DNA of 64,000 nt from Amoebophilaceae bacterium. GTDB taxonomy: Bacteria > Bacteroidota > Bacteroidia > Cytophagales > Amoebophilaceae. Numbering within the stretch: position 1 is the first letter of the stretch; each line of letters starts with the position of its first letter. The stretch is taken from NCBI GenBank assembly GCA_031422615.1, contig JANPMB010000033.1:5561-69560 (forward strand), written 5' to 3'. The notes under the pieces are model-generated. The model saw only the letters and a list, made by a program, of their open reading frames with translations. It had not been told where the DNA came from and made no database searches. Of the stretch, positions 61,554 through 64,000 are shown piece by piece. The position numbers and the translations under genes were made by a program.

Positions 61554-61827
61554 ATTGGCGATGCTGGGCACTTGTGCATTGAATGTGCTGGAGCCTAATG
61601 TATTGCTGTCTTTGTACCACTGACAAATGAGCAGCAATGCAGTACCTAGCAGGCACACAAAAATAGTCCTGGTTGTTGTCTGACAGGAGTCATCTTTTGT
61701 GATCATGAACAAAAATGTACATGCGAGGGAAAGTAAACGGTTCTGACTAGTAGACAAACGTTGGCAAGACAGATAATGGCAAGTAGTGATGCCAGGAAAA
61801 GCCGCAACTCCAAAGGCATAAAAAAAT

Positions 61828-61854
61828 AAAGAGTCGCCCTGCGGGCGACTCTTT
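61828..61854. terminator. Bidirectional Rho-independent terminator
   Basis: A perfect 12-bp stem AAAGAGTCGCCC-TGC-GGGCGACTCTTT is flanked by an A-run upstream and a T-run downstream. It lies between convergent genes. Confidence 0.7.
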
Positions 61855-61909
61855 ATTTTTAATCAGCAATTTCTCTACAAAGTGATTGCAGAGTACTTGT
61901 TAGCGACCC

Positions 61910-62110
<201 letters not shown>

Positions 62111-62462
62111 GATTGATTTATTTTTTGAAGTTAAGTACCGTGCCAAGGAAAAATTGCTTCTTCGCCGCACACAACAAAGGTAAGAAGCCACTACAAAAAA
62201 ACAATGCTTCTAAAGAAGAACTTAGGGTCTCTACTAGCAAATTTATAATTTCCTAACAATTTCTAGCGTTTTTACTGTGATTTCTTATCCCTATGACCGA
62301 ACCTAAATTTACCTTCTTTCAGGTGAAAAACTTATCGAGATGATTGTATTGAGGTAGGGACGTTTCTGAGTCACGGAACTGACTATTGCTATTCCTGATC
62401 CTTCATCAGTCAATCACGTCAAAACTACACCCAGTATACCTATCAAAACTTCCTTGCCCCTG

Positions 62463-62830
62463 AGCTATACACGCCACTACGTAGAGAAAAGAAAGATCAA
62501 GGGGGTGTTTCTTCAACAGATAGCCCAACTTATGCATTGGCATGCTGTTACCCACCTACTAGAAAAGTATTACCCTACAGGGCAGTCAAGACAAAGAAGA
62601 AAAGTCTATCTAATGTCAGTACGCTTGTAGATAACCTTACTGCAGACCTGGTATCAGCTCAGTGACTACGGTGTAGAAGAACAGGTCAGTGACGCGTTGC
62701 GATCGAATCCTAAAATTTGAGCCGCGACACTTGCATGTAGGTTACTTGAAGATATTCCTAAGATTTTCTGATGCTATACTTACTCAGTCTATTAAATTTT
62801 ACAGCAGAACAGCATCACCCCTTTTGTTTT
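62463..62830 (+). mobile_element. Second IS5/IS4-superfamily transposase N-terminal remnant, degraded
   Basis: It reads ...FLQQIAQLMHWHAVTHLLEKYYPTGQSRQRRKVYLMSVRL*ITLLQTWYQLSDYGVEEQVSDALRS, with an in-frame TAG at 62628, followed by scrambled frames. By eye it is about 50% aa and about 70% nt identical to the remnant at 39540..39928. Confidence 0.6.
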
Positions 62831-62919
62831 GCTAGTCAAAACCCTAAATCATTCAAAGCGAGACAGCGCCCATATTTTGAGGCCTCGTGCCTTGGGCTCA
62901 AGGACCGGGAAGCCCAGTC

Positions 62920-63447
62920 CTATTGGCGCGTTGCAAGCTTCTCAGGGGTTATGATTGCAAAAGACACCTTGTGGTCTGCCCAGTCAAATACACTGTAGTC
63001 ATACTCAGGCGTCATGGTCAAACACTGGGTAGGACACACGGTGGTGCACAAACCGCAAAAGCAGCACTTGGCCAGGTCAATGTCAAATTGGGCAGCAGCG
63101 AGACGCTTAGTCATGCCATTGCTAGTTTTTCCAATGGGTGCAGGTGCGTTGATGGCCTCGATCTCTATACAATCTACCGGACACACTTGCGCACACTTGT
63201 CGCACACAATGCAGTCGTCAATAGCATTGTGCAGTCGGTAGCGCCCACGCGCAGGTACCGGCAAGCATTCGTGCGGATACTGGAGGGTAGCAGGCCCCGC
63301 CTGGAAGTAGGCAGTATCGGTAATCGGCAGGGTGAGAGGACGAGGCCCTAGGGACTTTCGCAGGTGCTGCCAAGTCAAGCGCAGGCTTCTAAAGAGCGTA
63401 CCTAGGCTATGTAAAAAGGCTTGGAAAGTGTGTTGAAGGGAATTCAT
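62920..63447 (-). CDS. nuoI: NADH-quinone oxidoreductase subunit I
   Basis: It has two 4Fe-4S motifs, CIVCDKCAQVCP and CCFCGLCTTVCP. Confidence 0.9.
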   Translation of the reverse strand: MNSLQHTFQAFLHSLGTLFRSLRLTWQHLRKSLGPRPLTLPITDTAYFQAGPATLQYPHECLPVPARGRYRLHNAIDDCIVCDKCAQVCPVDCIEIEAINAPAPIGKTSNGMTKRLAAAQFDIDLAKCCFCGLCTTVCPTQCLTMTPEYDYSVFDWADHKVSFAIITPEKLATRQ

Positions 63448-63462
63448 ATTACAGAAGTTTTT

Positions 63463-64000
63463 TTATTCCAATATAAGTAGTTGCCACCATAGCGTCACCA
63501 AGCAAAGCAACAAAGCAACAGGTGTCAGGTACTGCCAGCACAAGCGCATGACCTGGTCAAAGCGCAAACGAGGAAAAGTCCATCGAATGCCCATTTGTAC
63601 CAAAATGACGAGCAGTGCCTTAGAAAAAAGCCACCCCCCTGCCCACCAATGGCTGACCCAGGTACCGGGCAAACCACTGGTCCAGGTGCCTAAGGGCAGC
63701 CCAGGCAAGTTGGGCAACGGAGTATGCCCCCCCCCCAAGAACAAGATCACGCCTAGCAAACTCATCAAGAGCAGCATGCTGTATTCGGCCAGCATCAGCC
63801 AGGCCCAACGCAAACCGCCATATTCGGTATGGTAGCCCCCTATCAGCTCAGACTCAGCTTCAGGCAAATCAAAAGGAGCGCGATGGCAAGCTGCCAAGGA
63901 AGCTACAAAAAAGACGGCATAAGCCAGGAAGAGCGGCGGCATCCTCAAGATATTCCAGGCCAGCACCCCCCCCCACTGAGCAATATCTATGCCTTTGAGA
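63463..64000 (-). CDS. nuoH: NADH-quinone oxidoreductase subunit H (C-terminal part; 5' end off window)
   Basis: The frame is open to the window edge (...LKGIDIAQWGGVLAWNIL...). It carries APFDLPEAESELIGGYHTEYGG and TFPRLRFDQVM. The GTG at 63966 used by the track is not the real start. Confidence 0.9.
   Translation of the reverse strand, partial: LKGIDIAQWGGVLAWNILRMPPLFLAYAVFFVASLAACHRAPFDLPEAESELIGGYHTEYGGLRWAWLMLAEYSMLLLMSLLGVILFLGGGHTPLPNLPGLPLGTWTSGLPGTWVSHWWAGGWLFSKALLVILVQMGIRWTFPRLRFDQVMRLCWQYLTPVALLLCLVTLWWQLLILE
63727..63736 (-). repeat. C10 (G10 on the coding strand) homopolymer inside nuoH
   Basis: Counted directly. It encodes L-GGG-H in FLGGGHTP. Confidence 0.95.
63966..63974 (-). 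repeat. C9 (G9 on the coding strand) homopolymer inside nuoH
   Basis: Counted directly. It encodes W-GG-V. Confidence 0.95.

Noticed and set aside
61494-61757. 87-aa minus-strand ORF downstream of the M23 gene
   Set aside because: It overlaps the M23 3' end, has no recognisable features, and lies upstream of the bidirectional terminator in the wrong orientation for a separate unit.
62655-62712. tRNA-like strings (GCTCAGTGAC ... GATCGAATCC)
   Set aside because: No acceptor stem or cloverleaf can be drawn. The segment is the LSDYGVEEQV-coding part of the IS remnant.

Overview
This is a chromosomal window from a Bacteroidota-type genome. The supporting signs are a fused secDF, an archaeal/eukaryote-type proS, a GH3-family gene, tamB divergent from tsaD, a miaB / sigma-54 activator / lptE / secG block, a DUF4292 / M23 pair, and a Rho with an N-terminal insertion. 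It holds about 50 intact, mostly housekeeping CDS and one tRNA-Phe. I found no rRNA, CRISPR, prophage, or recognisable defence, toxin, secretion or biosynthetic cluster, and I could not support a coherent novel multi-gene system. The unusual content is genome erosion and reshuffling. (i) Four decay patches (0.9-2.8 kb, 38.1-40.0 kb, 43.0-43.7 kb, 62.1-62.9 kb) contain nonsense and frameshift pseudogenes, two diverged ~380-bp IS5-like transposase N-terminal remnants, and a second dispersed repeat family. (ii) Several operons are broken: nuoH-nuoI end at an IS remnant while nuoJ sits alone about 15 kb away on the other strand, murG-murC are cut out of the usual dcw cluster, and hslU follows lon with no hslV. 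(iii) Two low-complexity repeat lipoproteins are built almost entirely from A-ending codons. (iv) There are four G/C homopolymers of 9-12 nt, two intergenic and two inside nuoH. (v) A good sigma-54 -24/-12 match lies in front of lon-hslU. All calls were made by eye from translations and motifs. No database search, GC calculation or statistics were run.
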